NCBI GenBank assembly: GCA_963664815.2
Contig: CAXXHB010000003.1
Location: 640,001 to 704,000, forward strand
Reading direction: 5' to 3'
DNA from: Spirochaetota bacterium
GTDB lineage: Bacteria; Spirochaetota; UBA4802; UBA5550
DNA: 64,000 bases
The notes beneath the pieces were generated by a model, which saw only the letters and a list, made by a program, of their open reading frames with translations, had not been told where the DNA came from and did no database searches. Every line of letters begins with the position of its first letter. Positions within the stretch are counted from its first letter, which is position 1. Position numbers and translations under genes: made by a program. This document shows positions 20,959 through 31,760 of this stretch, in pieces.

Positions 20959-22245
20959 CTATAATCCGGAAGGATAGGTTTCCGGTTTCTTCCCGGCATC
21001 TAAAGCAGAATTTTCTGCCTTAATCAGCAGTATCCATCCTGTAGCAAAAAGGAGAATTATACATAGAATTCCGTATCTTGAACTTCCCGAAATACTTATC
21101 GCAATACCCATCATAAGCGGGCCCATTATTGTAGCAAATTTACCAAAGATATTATAGAGTCCGAAAAATTCCGCGGATCTCTCCGGTGGTATTATTTTGC
21201 CGAAATAGGAACGGCTGATAGCCTGAATACCCCCCATTGATGTTGCAACCATAAAGGAGAGCAGGTAGAAAACTATTTTTTTCCAGTTGTCAGATTCAAT
21301 AGCTGGCAGGAAAAATGAAATGACAGTTATAAGAACGTAAATTAAAATTCCAGTCTGAATCATTTTCCCTGCACTGAATATTTCCGATAGTTTACCATAA
21401 ATAAGTGAAAACGGGAAAGCAAGGATCTGGATCATCAGAATCGCCCCGATCATTAATGCAGTACTGAGTCCGGAGTCTATACCATATGCAACGGCCATAC
21501 TTATTATTGTATCAACTCCATCTATGTAGAAAAAGTATGCAAGCAGAAAGAGATAGATCTGTCTGAATTTCCCGATATCTTTCAAGCCTGAAATCATTCT
21601 CTTGAAGCTCTCTCTCACCGGAGATATTACAGCAGGAATGAAAAATATTTGTTTAACATTTTTAATCATGGGAATTGAAAATAACAACCACCAGAGTGCG
21701 GTTATAACAAATCCGATTTTATAATACCCGTACTGATCCTGCACATCCTTCGCAGAAAGAATCATAAAAATAATTATTCCAAACGGAATCACGCTGCCGA
21801 TATAACCCCAGGCATAACCACGGGAAGATACCTTATCCATTCTTTCTTCATCTGCCACATCGACGAGAAAGGCATCGTAGAATACAAGAGTACCAGACCA
21901 GGCTATCTTTGCCGTTATAAAAATAATAAGACACGACATCCACTCTCCATGGGCCACAGTTGCAAGCAGAAGTGTTGAAACTATTCCGGTAATAAAAAAT
22001 GGGAGAAACATTCTCATCTTGTTTCCTTCATAATCGGCGAAGGTACCCATGATGGGTGAAACAAGCGCTATTATAAGTGCGGCGGCTGAATTGGCATAAC
22101 CCCAGAGTGCGGTTGATTCCGGGCCTGTCAGACCTGCTGCGGCATATTCCTTGAAAAAAACGGGCATTAGCATTGTGACAATTATCAGCACAAATGCCGA
22201 GTTTGCTACATCATATAGAATCCAGCTGAATTCATTTTTTTTCAT
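20959..22245 (-). CDS. MFS transporter, UMF1/Atg22-like family
   Basis: WILYDVANSAF, FYDAFL, GYAWGYIGS, YIDGVDT, QAISRSY and EFFGLY; about 12 TM. Confidence 0.92.
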   Translation of the reverse strand: MKKNEFSWILYDVANSAFVLIIVTMLMPVFFKEYAAAGLTGPESTALWGYANSAAALIIALVSPIMGTFADYEGNKMRMFLPFFITGIVSTLLLATVAHGEWMSCLIIFITAKIAWSGTLVFYDAFLVDVADEERMDKVSSRGYAWGYIGSVIPFGIIIFMILSAKDVQDQYGYYKIGFVITALWWLLFSIPMIKNVKQIFFIPAVISPVRESFKRMISGLKDIGKFRQIYLFLLAYFFYIDGVDTIISMAVAYGIDSGLSTALMIGAILMIQILAFPFSLIYGKLSEIFSAGKMIQTGILIYVLITVISFFLPAIESDNWKKIVFYLLSFMVATSMGGIQAISRSYFGKIIPPERSAEFFGLYNIFGKFATIMGPLMMGIAISISGSSRYGILCIILLFATGWILLIKAENSALDAGKKPETYPSGL

Positions 22246-22628
22246 TTATCATTTCCTGTTTTAAAATGATTATAACATATTAACCTTATTATAGTCAATG
22301 TTCAAGAAATATACTTTATAATTTATAGTAATAAAAAACAAGGATTTTAAAATTCCATGCCTATATCGCTAGGAAATAATACGATTGTAATTTGAAAAAA
22401 AATCTGAAACAGAATAATAATTTGGATTCAGGACTGTTATGTCTTTAAAATATTCAGATCAGCAGTAGTGAAGTTTGACTTTTATGTAAATAGTTTGTAA
22501 TATATTTTGAGGATATATTATTATTTATCTGGTAGTAATTTAATGGTTTTTGCTTAATTATTATCCGATGCCAAGTATAATGTGTGTTACAATATGTTTT
22601 ATACATATAAATCTGAATTCAGGAATAT

Positions 22629-24983
22629 ATGAATTTGAATGATATAGAAAAGATCAACAAAATTGAGATTTCTCTGGAAGAAAAAATTAAAACTCTGGAA
22701 GATGAAGTAACGCGTCTTAAAGGATTTGAAAATATAGTCAGAGGATTTACGCAACATGAAAATATATGTCTTGCATTGCTACAGAAAGAACCCCCGCTGG
22801 CAGTTTTTGTAAATCGCGGGTTTGAATTACTTACAGGTTATACAAAGGATGAAATTTATAAATTCACACATTCTGATCTGGAAAATTTAATACATCCTGA
22901 CATGAGGAACAGATTCTTTCACGGGTATTACCAGTGTCTTAAAGGTGATCCATTGACCGGCAGTTGTGAATTTATTATGTTGAGAAAAAACGGTGAACAT
23001 CTTTCAGTAGAATCTTTTTTATATTTAATTGATTATGACGGAGAACCTTCAATCGCAGTGACATTTGTTGACAGAACTAAGATGAGAGAAATTGAGAGAG
23101 CTCTCAGGGATAACAGGGAAAACTACAGATTATTGTTCAACAAAAGTCCGGTCAGTATTTTTTATTATGATAAAGATTTACATATAAATCATTTTAATGA
23201 CAAGTTTGTTGATCTGCTTCAGTCAAAAAGAGAGAGCTTGTCAGGTCTTGATCTTCGAACCATAAATGATAAATCTATAATTCCATGTCTCGAGTCAGCA
23301 ATAAAAGGAAATAACGGTTATTATAAAGGTCATTACAGGGTTACAACGAGCAATGCTGAGATAGTTATTTCCATGAAAACTGAGCCACTTTACAATGATT
23401 CCGGAGAGGTTTCGGGTGGAGTCGGCATCATTGAAGATATAAAAAAAACAGAAGAGATTGAAGAGGCATTGCAGAAAAGTGAAGAAAATTTTAAGGACAT
23501 GATCGATCTCTCTCCGCTGCCTATTGCCGTAGTGGATGTTAATGACAACATTGTTTATGTTAACAGGGAAGGCCTGGAACTATTTGCATATTCACACAAA
23601 GATATAAAGGATCTTGAATCGTGGTGGAACAAATCTTATCCTGATCCATTATACAGAAAATCTGTAATTGATGACTGGTATTCAGGCTATAAAAATGCCC
23701 AGAAGAAAAAGGAGATATTCGGGGCCAGAGAGTACAAGGTAACATGCGGTGATGGAATAATTCGTGATATAGAATTCCATGTTGTCCCTGTGGGAGATCT
23801 GAGTTTCATTATAATGAACGATATGACGAGGCACAGAAAAGCAGAAGCGGAACTTTTAAGAACCAGAAAAATCGAATCTGTGGGAATTCTTGCCGGCGGT
23901 ATTGCTCACGATTTTAATAATATACTTACTGGTATCATAGGAAATCTTAATATTGCAAAGATGGATATTACGAAGGAACATAAATCATATGTTATTCTTG
24001 ACAGTATTGAAAAGGCTGCATGGAGGGCCCGTGATCTGACACAACAACTGCTTACTTTTTCAAGAGGGGGGGCTCCGATAAAAAAGGTTACATCAATAAA
24101 ACAGCTTCTGGCTGATTCTGCATCATTTGTACTCACGGGTACAGAAATTAAACTGGAACTTGATATTGCCGATGACCTGTTGGATGCGGATATTGATGAG
24201 GGTCAGATAAGTCAGGTAGTGCATAATCTGGTTATTAATGCTAGAGAATCGATAACAGGTAGGGGTGTGATAAAAATCAGGGCGGAAAACTTTGTGAATG
24301 AAGGGAACGAATATCTTGATTATGAAGGTAATTATATTTTAATACATATTGAAGACTCGGGAGTCGGGATTAATCCATCTGTAATTCCGAATATTTTTGA
24401 TCCCTTTTTTACGACTAAAGATTCCGGCACCGGTCTTGGACTTTCAGTTTCATATTCGATTGTGAAAAAGCATGGAGGTAATATTAAAGTCTTTTCAGTA
24501 GAAGGAGAGGGAACAACTTTTGAAGTTTTTCTCCCCGCATCTGATGAAAAGTGTATTCCCTCCATCAATCAGGATATTAAGATGCATAATGCCAGCGGCA
24601 GGATTCTTGTTATGGATGATGAGGCGCTTGTTCTTGATGTGGCAAAAAAACTTATAATACGGATGGGATATGATGTTGAAGTTGTAAACAGTGGAGAGGA
24701 AACATTTACTCTTTATAAAAAAGCAAAGGAGAGTGGAAATCCTTTTGACTGCGTAATAATGGACCTTACGATTCCCGGCGGGATGGGGGGAAAAGATGTT
24801 CTCATTTTACTTAAAAAATATGATCCTGATGTTAAAGCAATTGTCTCAAGCGGTTATTCAAATGATCCTGTAATGTCGGAATATGAAGAATATGGTTTTG
24901 CCGGGGTATCAGTAAAACCTTATTCTTTCGAGGATCTCAGAAAAGAGATAGAAAGAGTTGTGTCAAGAAAATGTCTGGATTAA
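22629..24983 (+). CDS. PAS-domain hybrid sensor histidine kinase
   Basis: Three PAS-like repeats, AGGIAHDFNNIL, NLVINA, GTGLGL, C-terminal REC (MDLTIPGGMGG). Confidence 0.93.
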   Translation: MNLNDIEKINKIEISLEEKIKTLEDEVTRLKGFENIVRGFTQHENICLALLQKEPPLAVFVNRGFELLTGYTKDEIYKFTHSDLENLIHPDMRNRFFHGYYQCLKGDPLTGSCEFIMLRKNGEHLSVESFLYLIDYDGEPSIAVTFVDRTKMREIERALRDNRENYRLLFNKSPVSIFYYDKDLHINHFNDKFVDLLQSKRESLSGLDLRTINDKSIIPCLESAIKGNNGYYKGHYRVTTSNAEIVISMKTEPLYNDSGEVSGGVGIIEDIKKTEEIEEALQKSEENFKDMIDLSPLPIAVVDVNDNIVYVNREGLELFAYSHKDIKDLESWWNKSYPDPLYRKSVIDDWYSGYKNAQKKKEIFGAREYKVTCGDGIIRDIEFHVVPVGDLSFIIMNDMTRHRKAEAELLRTRKIESVGILAGGIAHDFNNILTGIIGNLNIAKMDITKEHKSYVILDSIEKAAWRARDLTQQLLTFSRGGAPIKKVTSIKQLLADSASFVLTGTEIKLELDIADDLLDADIDEGQISQVVHNLVINARESITGRGVIKIRAENFVNEGNEYLDYEGNYILIHIEDSGVGINPSVIPNIFDPFFTTKDSGTGLGLSVSYSIVKKHGGNIKVFSVEGEGTTFEVFLPASDEKCIPSINQDIKMHNASGRILVMDDEALVLDVAKKLIIRMGYDVEVVNSGEETFTLYKKAKESGNPFDCVIMDLTIPGGMGGKDVLILLKKYDPDVKAIVSSGYSNDPVMSEYEEYGFAGVSVKPYSFEDLRKEIERVVSRKCLD

Positions 24984-25783
24984 ATCTTAATTATTATCTC
25001 TTCGGTTTTAACAGTTTTTCCGCTTTTATATACCGCATCCCTGACGAGTGATGTGACGCCGCTGCAGCATGGAACCTCCATCCGGGTTATTGTGATTGAA
25101 TTTATGTCCTGTTCTGATATTATCACTTCAAGCTTTTCTCTATACTCGTCAATGTATGGATCGAGTTTGGGACAGAATGTAACCACAACATTTCCGTCAA
25201 GAAACTTTTTATGGAAATTTCCGCATGCATATGGTACACAGTCGGCAGAAACCAGAAGGTCAATCTTTCCGGAGGTAAAGACCCTGGAGTATGGGCTTAA
25301 AAGTTTAAGCTTCACCGGCCATTGTGACAGTTCGGAGAAGTCTTCCATGGATTCAGGCGAATTTGTATGAATTTTATTCAATAAACGATTTGCACTACCA
25401 GGGCATGAATGATTTGTATCAGATGTTTCCGATTCAATTACTTTTATACCCTTTTCTTCAAGTATTTTAAGAGCTTCGCTGTAATGTACTGTTTCATTAT
25501 GGTCTTTCAGGTGTTTGAGGTGAGCTGAAATTACAACAGGGCCCTGACTGATAATGTTTTCCATTACAGATGCTTCATTGTACGCGGCAGCCTCTCTCTC
25601 TTCGATTGTTATGGCTTCTTCAGGGCATGTACCGATACATGCTCCGAGTCCATCACACGAAAGGTCACTGATCAATCTTGCTTTTCCATTAATTATCTGG
25701 ATTGCTCCTTCAGGACAGTCAGGTACACACAGACCGCATCCTGAACACTTGTTTTCATTTATATGGATTATCTGACGCTTCAT
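24980..25783 (-). CDS. 4Fe-4S binding protein (type often found beside hcp)
   Basis: CSGCGLCVPDCPEGA, CDGLGACIGTCP, LSQWPVKL, ADC, CPKLD and MEVPCC motifs. Confidence 0.88.
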   Translation of the reverse strand: MKRQIIHINENKCSGCGLCVPDCPEGAIQIINGKARLISDLSCDGLGACIGTCPEEAITIEEREAAAYNEASVMENIISQGPVVISAHLKHLKDHNETVHYSEALKILEEKGIKVIESETSDTNHSCPGSANRLLNKIHTNSPESMEDFSELSQWPVKLKLLSPYSRVFTSGKIDLLVSADCVPYACGNFHKKFLDGNVVVTFCPKLDPYIDEYREKLEVIISEQDINSITITRMEVPCCSGVTSLVRDAVYKSGKTVKTEEIIIKI

Positions 25784-25949
25784 ATTTTAACCTCTTTTAT
25801 TTTAAAAAGGATTTAATTGCTGTTGACTCCTTCATACATCCTGTATTTATAAAAAAGTGTTTTGTGTCAGTTTATATTGATTAAGTAATATTAATCCGGC
25901 TGTATTTAAATTGACAGTATATAATAATCATATTATCTATTAATTAAAA

Positions 25950-25963
25950 TTGACCTGAATCAA
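25950..25963. promoter_or_regulatory. FNR/HcpR-type box
   Basis: TTGAC-CTGA-ATCAA, one mismatch to TTGAT-N4-ATCAA, 15 nt before the Crp/Fnr start codon. Confidence 0.6.
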
Positions 25964-25978
25964 TTAATAGAGAAAAAA

Positions 25979-26671
25979 ATGGAAAAATCGGAAGAAACAT
26001 TATCTAAAAGCCTTGTATTCGGCGGACTTTCACAGCAAATAATTTCACTTATCGTCGAGAAAGGCCGGACTGAATTTTTTAACCGGGACGAACTTATTTT
26101 TTTTGAAGGCGACAAAGGGGATAAATTTTTTTTTCTTATTGAGGGTCTGGTGAAAATCTATAAATCCACGGACAGCGACAGAGAAATTGTACTGAGACAT
26201 ATACGCCCCGGTGAAATGTTTGGTGAGGTTATTCTTTTTGAATCTGAAAATTATCCTGTGAGTGCAGCAGCGCTGAGAGAAAGTATTCTTTTTTCAATAA
26301 ACCGTGTTAACTTTATGGAACTCTTCAGAGAAGATTCCTTTCATAGATATTTTACAGGCAACATTTTCCGTAAGCTGAGATACCTTGCTGACAGGGTTGC
26401 TTTTCTCAATGCTTATGATGTTGAGGAGAGATTTTTTCTTTTCATTGAAGAGCATTATGGGATTAAACCTGTATTACAGATAGATCTTACAAAGGCTGAA
26501 CTTGCTGATGGAATAGGAACAATACCGGAAACAATGTCAAGACTTATTGCTCGTTTGAAGCTTAATGATCTTGTGATATGGAATAAAAATGAAATGAAGC
26601 TGAATGTTGATTATGCAAAGTCTGTTATTGAAAAAATAAAATGGGGTGATTCAGGTGAAAAAAGAAATTGA
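25979..26671 (+). CDS. Crp/Fnr family transcriptional regulator
   Basis: cNMP-binding fold (IFFEGD, GEMFGE, YPVSA) and HTH (LTKAELADGIGTIPETMSR); no FNR Cys cluster. Confidence 0.92.
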   Translation: MEKSEETLSKSLVFGGLSQQIISLIVEKGRTEFFNRDELIFFEGDKGDKFFFLIEGLVKIYKSTDSDREIVLRHIRPGEMFGEVILFESENYPVSAAALRESILFSINRVNFMELFREDSFHRYFTGNIFRKLRYLADRVAFLNAYDVEERFFLFIEEHYGIKPVLQIDLTKAELADGIGTIPETMSRLIARLKLNDLVIWNKNEMKLNVDYAKSVIEKIKWGDSGEKRN

Positions 26672-27917
26672 GCATATAGTGATAATTGGAGCAGGCTTTT
26701 CCGGTTTGTTTGCTGTTAAAAAATTTTTCAGAAAACCTGTAATGGTTACTCTTGTTGACAGGAACAACTACCATACATTCAATCCACTACTTTATCAGGT
26801 TGGAGCTGCTGAAATTGAACCTGATCAGATCGCATATCCGGTAAGAACTGTAATTAGAAAAAAGGGGAATGTGGATTTCCTGATGTCAGAGGTTGTAGAA
26901 ATAAAATTCAGGGAAAAGACTGTAATCACAGAAAGATGTGAGCTTAAATATGATTATCTTATCATAGCCCCGGGAAGTAAGACTAATTATTTCGGAATTG
27001 AAGGTGCTGAAACAAACTCAATTCCGCTTAAAACGCTTTATGATGCCATATTTCTGAGAAATCATGTACTCTCACTATTTGAAAAAGCTGTTAAATGCAG
27101 CGACAAAGATGAGAGAAAAAAATGTCTTACTTTTGTCATTGCAGGGGGGGGGCCTACCGGTGTTGAATTTGCCGGAGCATTCGCAGAACTTGTTAAAGGT
27201 CCTCTGAAAAAAGATTTTTCAGAAATAAAACCGTCTGAGATTGATATAAAACTGATTGATGCGGGGAATAGGATACTCCCGGCTTATAGTGAAAAATCAG
27301 GGGAATATGCAATGCGCAAGCTGGAGAAGAAAGGCGTAAAGATTATGCTGAACTCCGAAGTGGTAAAAATAGATAAAGGGTCGATCCGGTTTAAAAACGG
27401 AGAAAAAGTTAAATCGCATACAATACTCTGGGCAGCGGGTGTGTGCGGCGGTGTTGATTTTAAAGCAGATATTAAGATTCCGGTCGGAAAAGATTCCCGC
27501 GTTATTGTTGATTCAACGTTAAGAATACCTGGATTTGATGAAGTATTCTTCTGTGGTGATATTGCACGTTTTGAAGATAAAGGCATTCTGCTGCCGATGA
27601 ATGCTCCGGTAGCAATACAACAGGGTGAATGTGCAGCATTTAATATTTTAAAGATGACTGCAGGACGTGAAGTGGTTCCTTTCAGATACAGTGACCGTGG
27701 ATCAATGGTAACACTCGGGAGAAATTCAGCAATAACAAAAATCGGAGGCCTGGAGGTACGGGGATTTACGGCATGGATATTATGGTTGTTTATCCATATA
27801 TTTTATCTGATAGGCTTCAGAAATAAAATTTTTGTGCTTATAAGCTGGTTCGGGGATTATATCCTTTTTGAAAGATCAGGAAGGATGATAATCCCTTTAA
27901 GTGAAGATAAAAAATAA
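26646..27917 (+). CDS. ndh: Type II NADH:quinone oxidoreductase
   Basis: IIGAGFSG, FNPLLYQV, GGGPTGVEFAG, WAAG, APVAIQQG and C-terminal WLFIHIFYLIGFRNK. Start GTG at 26646 or 26655. Confidence 0.92.
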   Translation: MIQVKKEIEHIVIIGAGFSGLFAVKKFFRKPVMVTLVDRNNYHTFNPLLYQVGAAEIEPDQIAYPVRTVIRKKGNVDFLMSEVVEIKFREKTVITERCELKYDYLIIAPGSKTNYFGIEGAETNSIPLKTLYDAIFLRNHVLSLFEKAVKCSDKDERKKCLTFVIAGGGPTGVEFAGAFAELVKGPLKKDFSEIKPSEIDIKLIDAGNRILPAYSEKSGEYAMRKLEKKGVKIMLNSEVVKIDKGSIRFKNGEKVKSHTILWAAGVCGGVDFKADIKIPVGKDSRVIVDSTLRIPGFDEVFFCGDIARFEDKGILLPMNAPVAIQQGECAAFNILKMTAGREVVPFRYSDRGSMVTLGRNSAITKIGGLEVRGFTAWILWLFIHIFYLIGFRNKIFVLISWFGDYILFERSGRMIIPLSEDKK

Positions 27918-27918
27918 C

Positions 27919-28674
27919 TCAGTCCATCAGGTAATTAAGGGCTACGGTTCTGTATTCGTGGTTTTTACTGATAATCAGCGGATAATTTGCACTGCTGAAA
28001 AGATGAACCTGCGCTTTTTTAAATAGCGTCACTGATTCTTTCAGTCTCCCCTCCATGTCGGGGAGAAGATCGTATCCGCTGCTTCCAGCTAGTAGTATTG
28101 GGCAGCCTATAAGGCCTGCATCTCCATGAAGAAATCCGCCACCGGCATCTACCAGATCTTCAAGCATGGCATTGTCTTCATCAAGAACTTTTTCCCATCT
28201 TGAACCGTTCATAGACTGGAAAAAGGATTTCAGTTCAGATTTTTTTGCGCGTTCCCTGAAATGAAGAATGGTATTCAGATAATCAAGGTCCGGTACAATA
28301 CCCGGAAGACTCTCAGCCAGAATATTTTTTACAATTGGCGGATTAACGAGTGCCATATTCAGCGCTACAAGCGCACCGCCACCAAGGCCTATAATTGAAA
28401 CTTTTTTGATTTTTTCTTTTTCACAAAGCTCTGATATCGCAATTGCATTGCTTACCCAGAAGTTATTCTGGGTATCGGACGATGCAGGCGATTTTCCATG
28501 ACCTGAAAGATCTATTATCATGGTATTGAAATAACTGGAATAAAACTTTATTTCGGTATCAAATATTTTTGAGGATTGACCATTGTCATGAATCAACAGC
28601 AGGTTGTTAAAATTGCTTTTTGTATTGTATATATTATAATATATTTTGTTGTACTTATTTTTGTAGGATGACAT
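27919..28674 (-). CDS. Alpha/beta hydrolase-fold protein, catalytic serine absent
   Basis: LLLIHD, IDLSGHGKS; the nucleophile elbow reads GLGGG instead of GxSxG. Confidence 0.8.
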   Translation of the reverse strand: MSSYKNKYNKIYYNIYNTKSNFNNLLLIHDNGQSSKIFDTEIKFYSSYFNTMIIDLSGHGKSPASSDTQNNFWVSNAIAISELCEKEKIKKVSIIGLGGGALVALNMALVNPPIVKNILAESLPGIVPDLDYLNTILHFRERAKKSELKSFFQSMNGSRWEKVLDEDNAMLEDLVDAGGGFLHGDAGLIGCPILLAGSSGYDLLPDMEGRLKESVTLFKKAQVHLFSSANYPLIISKNHEYRTVALNYLMD

Positions 28675-28864
28675 ATAATGGTCCTGTAGTTTTATTTTAA
28701 GTATTAGACAGGAAAAAATAGTTTCGTTTAATTTTCAATAATTATTCTTATACATGTATGTAAGTGCAAGAAATTATTTAATAAATCCCTGTATAATTTA
28801 GAGGGATTATAGAGCAATTCTTCCGGTAAATTCCAGTGATAAATACACATCAGAAGGTAAAGTT

Positions 28865-31249
28865 ATGGATGATATTATTAACGTGGCCAGGACTGAAGCT
28901 TTAAATGACGACTATGAAAATTTCAGACTGAATTTTGCCAAGACTCTTGAGTATGTAAAAGTATTCCCGTGGACGCTTGATGTCAAGGCGATGAAGTTTA
29001 ATAATATTTTCGGGACAGATATTCTTTTATCGAAAAACCATTTAAATGCGGATTTAAAGGAATGGATTCAGATAATTCATCCGGATGATAAATCAAAGGT
29101 TTCTCCGCTTCTTAACAACATACTTGAGGGGACTATAGATGAACTATCAATAGATTACAGGGTAAAAAAGACTTCAACAGATTATATGTGGGTAAAGACA
29201 ATTGCAAAAATCAGAAAAAAGGATGATTCAGGAAAGCCTCTTATAATTGCCGGGATCAATCAGGATATTACCAGGGGTAAACTGCTTGAGATGCAGACCC
29301 TTAAAAAAGAAAAGAAAATCCGTGAGAGCGAAAGCAGGCTCAGGAATGTAATGAAAATCGGCAGGATGTCAATATGGGAATATAACTATGAGTTTGAGAC
29401 TATGACAACCGACAGAAAGATGGCAAAGGTATGGGGGCTTGATGATTATTACGAGAGGGGAGAGGCTGTCCGAACTGATGTTCTTGCAGGAGTTATACAC
29501 CCTGAGGATAGGGATAATGTACTGGAAAGATTCAGACATTCAGTTGAAAAAAATGAAAGTTTTGAAATGTGCTTCAGAATAGTAGTTAAAGGAGATGTTA
29601 AATACATTAATTATGTTGGCGAAGTAATCTTTAATGATGATGGGAAGCCTGTAATACTTTTAGGGGTAACTCAGGATATTACAAAGATGAAAAGTCTGGA
29701 GGATTCTCTGGCAAGGCAGTATGACGGATTGAGATTTATTTCTGAGAAGGCTGGTCTTGGTTTATGGGAGTTTAATACCCGGGAAAATTCTATTTTTATA
29801 ATAACCAGGGACGATAAAAAAACAGAACCGGATAGTATATACAGAAGAATTTCGATGGAGGATTTTAACAGAATAATTCATCATGAAGATTTTGAAATGT
29901 TTCAGTCCAAGGTGAATTCTCATGTTTATAAAGAGGGGGATGTTATAGATTTTGATATTCGGATAAATACGGAAAATGAAACATACAGATGGTTCCACAT
30001 CACGGCTGTTGTTGATAAAATTGATGAGTATGGAAATCCGGCAGAGTGTAAAGGTTTGTATCAGGATATAACAGAAAGAAAAGAGATAGAGGAGAGGTTA
30101 TATCAGTCACAGAAAATGGAGGCTATCGGCAGGCTTGCCGGAGGGATCGCGCATGATTTTAATAATCTTCTGCAGGTAATACTTGGTTATGGCAGCCTTG
30201 CACTGATGGATGCTGAAAACAACAGCGATATGCTGGAAAATATTACTCATATTGTAGATTCTGGTGAAAAAGCCAAAAGCCTTGTCAGGCAGCTTTTACT
30301 CTTTGCCAGAAGAGAAAAATTCAGGCCAAGCCCCGTAGCGCTTAATGACCTTATTTCAGGTTTTATAAAAATGATGAAAAGGGTTATCGGTGAAAATATT
30401 ACACTAACGTTTAACCCTGATGCAGAGATTCAGTATATCCATGGAGATATAGGGCAGCTGGAACAGGTTTTTATGAATTTGTGTATCAATGCAAGGGATG
30501 CTCTTGGTGGTAGCGGTTCAATAATAATAACAACAAGGAATATTACTGTTGATGAGTACTGGCCATGCTATGGCAGCAGTATATCTCCGGGAACATATGT
30601 GATGCTCAGTTTATCAGATACAGGATACGGAATCCCTGCAGAAAATATTAATCATATATTTGAGCCTTTTTTCACAACGAAAGATAAAAATATGGGTACG
30701 GGATTGGGACTCGCGACGGTTTACTCAATAGTGAATCAGCATAACTCATATATCGATGTTCACAGTATAACCGGTAAAGGTACAACATTTTCAATATATT
30801 TCCCTGTTTATGGGGCAGCAATACCTGTTTTTCCTCAGATGGAAAAAGAAAAAGCGGAACAAAGATATAGCGGCAATGAAACAGTATTACTTGCTGAGGA
30901 TGATGATCTCATAAGAAAATATACAGAACGTATATTACGGGATTCAGGATATAATGTTATTACAGCCGAAGATGGAGAGATGGCACTAAATCTCTTCAAT
31001 AAAAACAGTGATAAAATCGATCTGCTTGTATTTGATGTTGTTATGCCTAAAAAAAACGGATGGGATGTATACAGCGAAATAAGGGAAAAAAGGAGGAATA
31101 TCCCTGTCTTATTTTTCAGCGGGTACGACCAGAATCTGCTGCCCATGAACGCAATGGATACTTTCCCAATGGCTTATGTGCAGAAGCCATTCAAGTATTA
31201 TAGTGTGATAAAGGCAGTCAATGAACTCCTTGACAGGAAAAAAACATAG
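28865..31249 (+). CDS. PAS/PAC hybrid sensor histidine kinase
   Basis: Three PAS_3-like repeats (IHPDD/IHPED/IHHED), GRLAGGIAHDFNNLL, NLCINARDA, GTGLGL, REC. Confidence 0.93.
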   Translation: MDDIINVARTEALNDDYENFRLNFAKTLEYVKVFPWTLDVKAMKFNNIFGTDILLSKNHLNADLKEWIQIIHPDDKSKVSPLLNNILEGTIDELSIDYRVKKTSTDYMWVKTIAKIRKKDDSGKPLIIAGINQDITRGKLLEMQTLKKEKKIRESESRLRNVMKIGRMSIWEYNYEFETMTTDRKMAKVWGLDDYYERGEAVRTDVLAGVIHPEDRDNVLERFRHSVEKNESFEMCFRIVVKGDVKYINYVGEVIFNDDGKPVILLGVTQDITKMKSLEDSLARQYDGLRFISEKAGLGLWEFNTRENSIFIITRDDKKTEPDSIYRRISMEDFNRIIHHEDFEMFQSKVNSHVYKEGDVIDFDIRINTENETYRWFHITAVVDKIDEYGNPAECKGLYQDITERKEIEERLYQSQKMEAIGRLAGGIAHDFNNLLQVILGYGSLALMDAENNSDMLENITHIVDSGEKAKSLVRQLLLFARREKFRPSPVALNDLISGFIKMMKRVIGENITLTFNPDAEIQYIHGDIGQLEQVFMNLCINARDALGGSGSIIITTRNITVDEYWPCYGSSISPGTYVMLSLSDTGYGIPAENINHIFEPFFTTKDKNMGTGLGLATVYSIVNQHNSYIDVHSITGKGTTFSIYFPVYGAAIPVFPQMEKEKAEQRYSGNETVLLAEDDDLIRKYTERILRDSGYNVITAEDGEMALNLFNKNSDKIDLLVFDVVMPKKNGWDVYSEIREKRRNIPVLFFSGYDQNLLPMNAMDTFPMAYVQKPFKYYSVIKAVNELLDRKKT

Positions 31250-31292
31250 AAATATTTTTCTGTAAGGATTAAAATAGCTTATCTGATAACCC

Positions 31293-31316
31293 GTTTCAGG
31301 CCTTTCGGCCTGAAAC
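31293..31316. terminator. Hairpin between convergent genes
   Basis: GTTTCAGGCC-TTTC-GGCCTGAAAC perfect 10-bp stem. Confidence 0.65.
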
Positions 31317-31336
31317 CGGCGATGTTAATCTCCGAT

Positions 31337-31579
31337 TCAGGCGCGCCTGTTGTCCTCTTTCGCAAGGATTTCATAATACTCAGTCCAGGTTTCCTCAATT
31401 TCTCTTGCCTGTTCCTCGTCAAGTTTTTCAATAATAAATCCCGCATGAACCAGGACTTTATCGTTTAACTGAAGGTCAGGTATCATGGCGTAGTTTACCT
31501 GCGTTTCAACTCCATTGGCCATTGCTGTTGCATAACTCCCTTCAATCTTTGTTATAGTCATCGGTATTGCAAGGCACAT
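31337..31579 (-). CDS. hypC: Hydrogenase maturation chaperone HypC
   Basis: MCLAIP start at 31579 after AGGAG; VLVHAGF. Confidence 0.95.
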   Translation of the reverse strand: MCLAIPMTITKIEGSYATAMANGVETQVNYAMIPDLQLNDKVLVHAGFIIEKLDEEQAREIEETWTEYYEILAKEDNRRA

Positions 31580-31600
31580 ATTTTTTCTCCTGTTTTTACT

Positions 31601-31737
31601 CCTCATCCGCCCTTCGGGCTTATTCCCCATGATGAGACGGGGAATGGCTTTTTACCTGAGGTGTTATTAAATTAACCATCTTATCATTATAACTCTTATT
31701 CTGTACATCTCCCCCCCCATTTTTCATGTGGGAGATG
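31601..31737. repeat. Degenerate REP-like palindromic elements between hypE and hypC
   Basis: CCTCATCCGCCCTTCGGGC followed by TTCCCC...GGGGAA, and a second CATCTCCC...GGGAGATG hairpin (31706-31737). Confidence 0.55.
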
Positions 31738-31760
31738 CTGCTAATGCGACAGAGTGAAAG

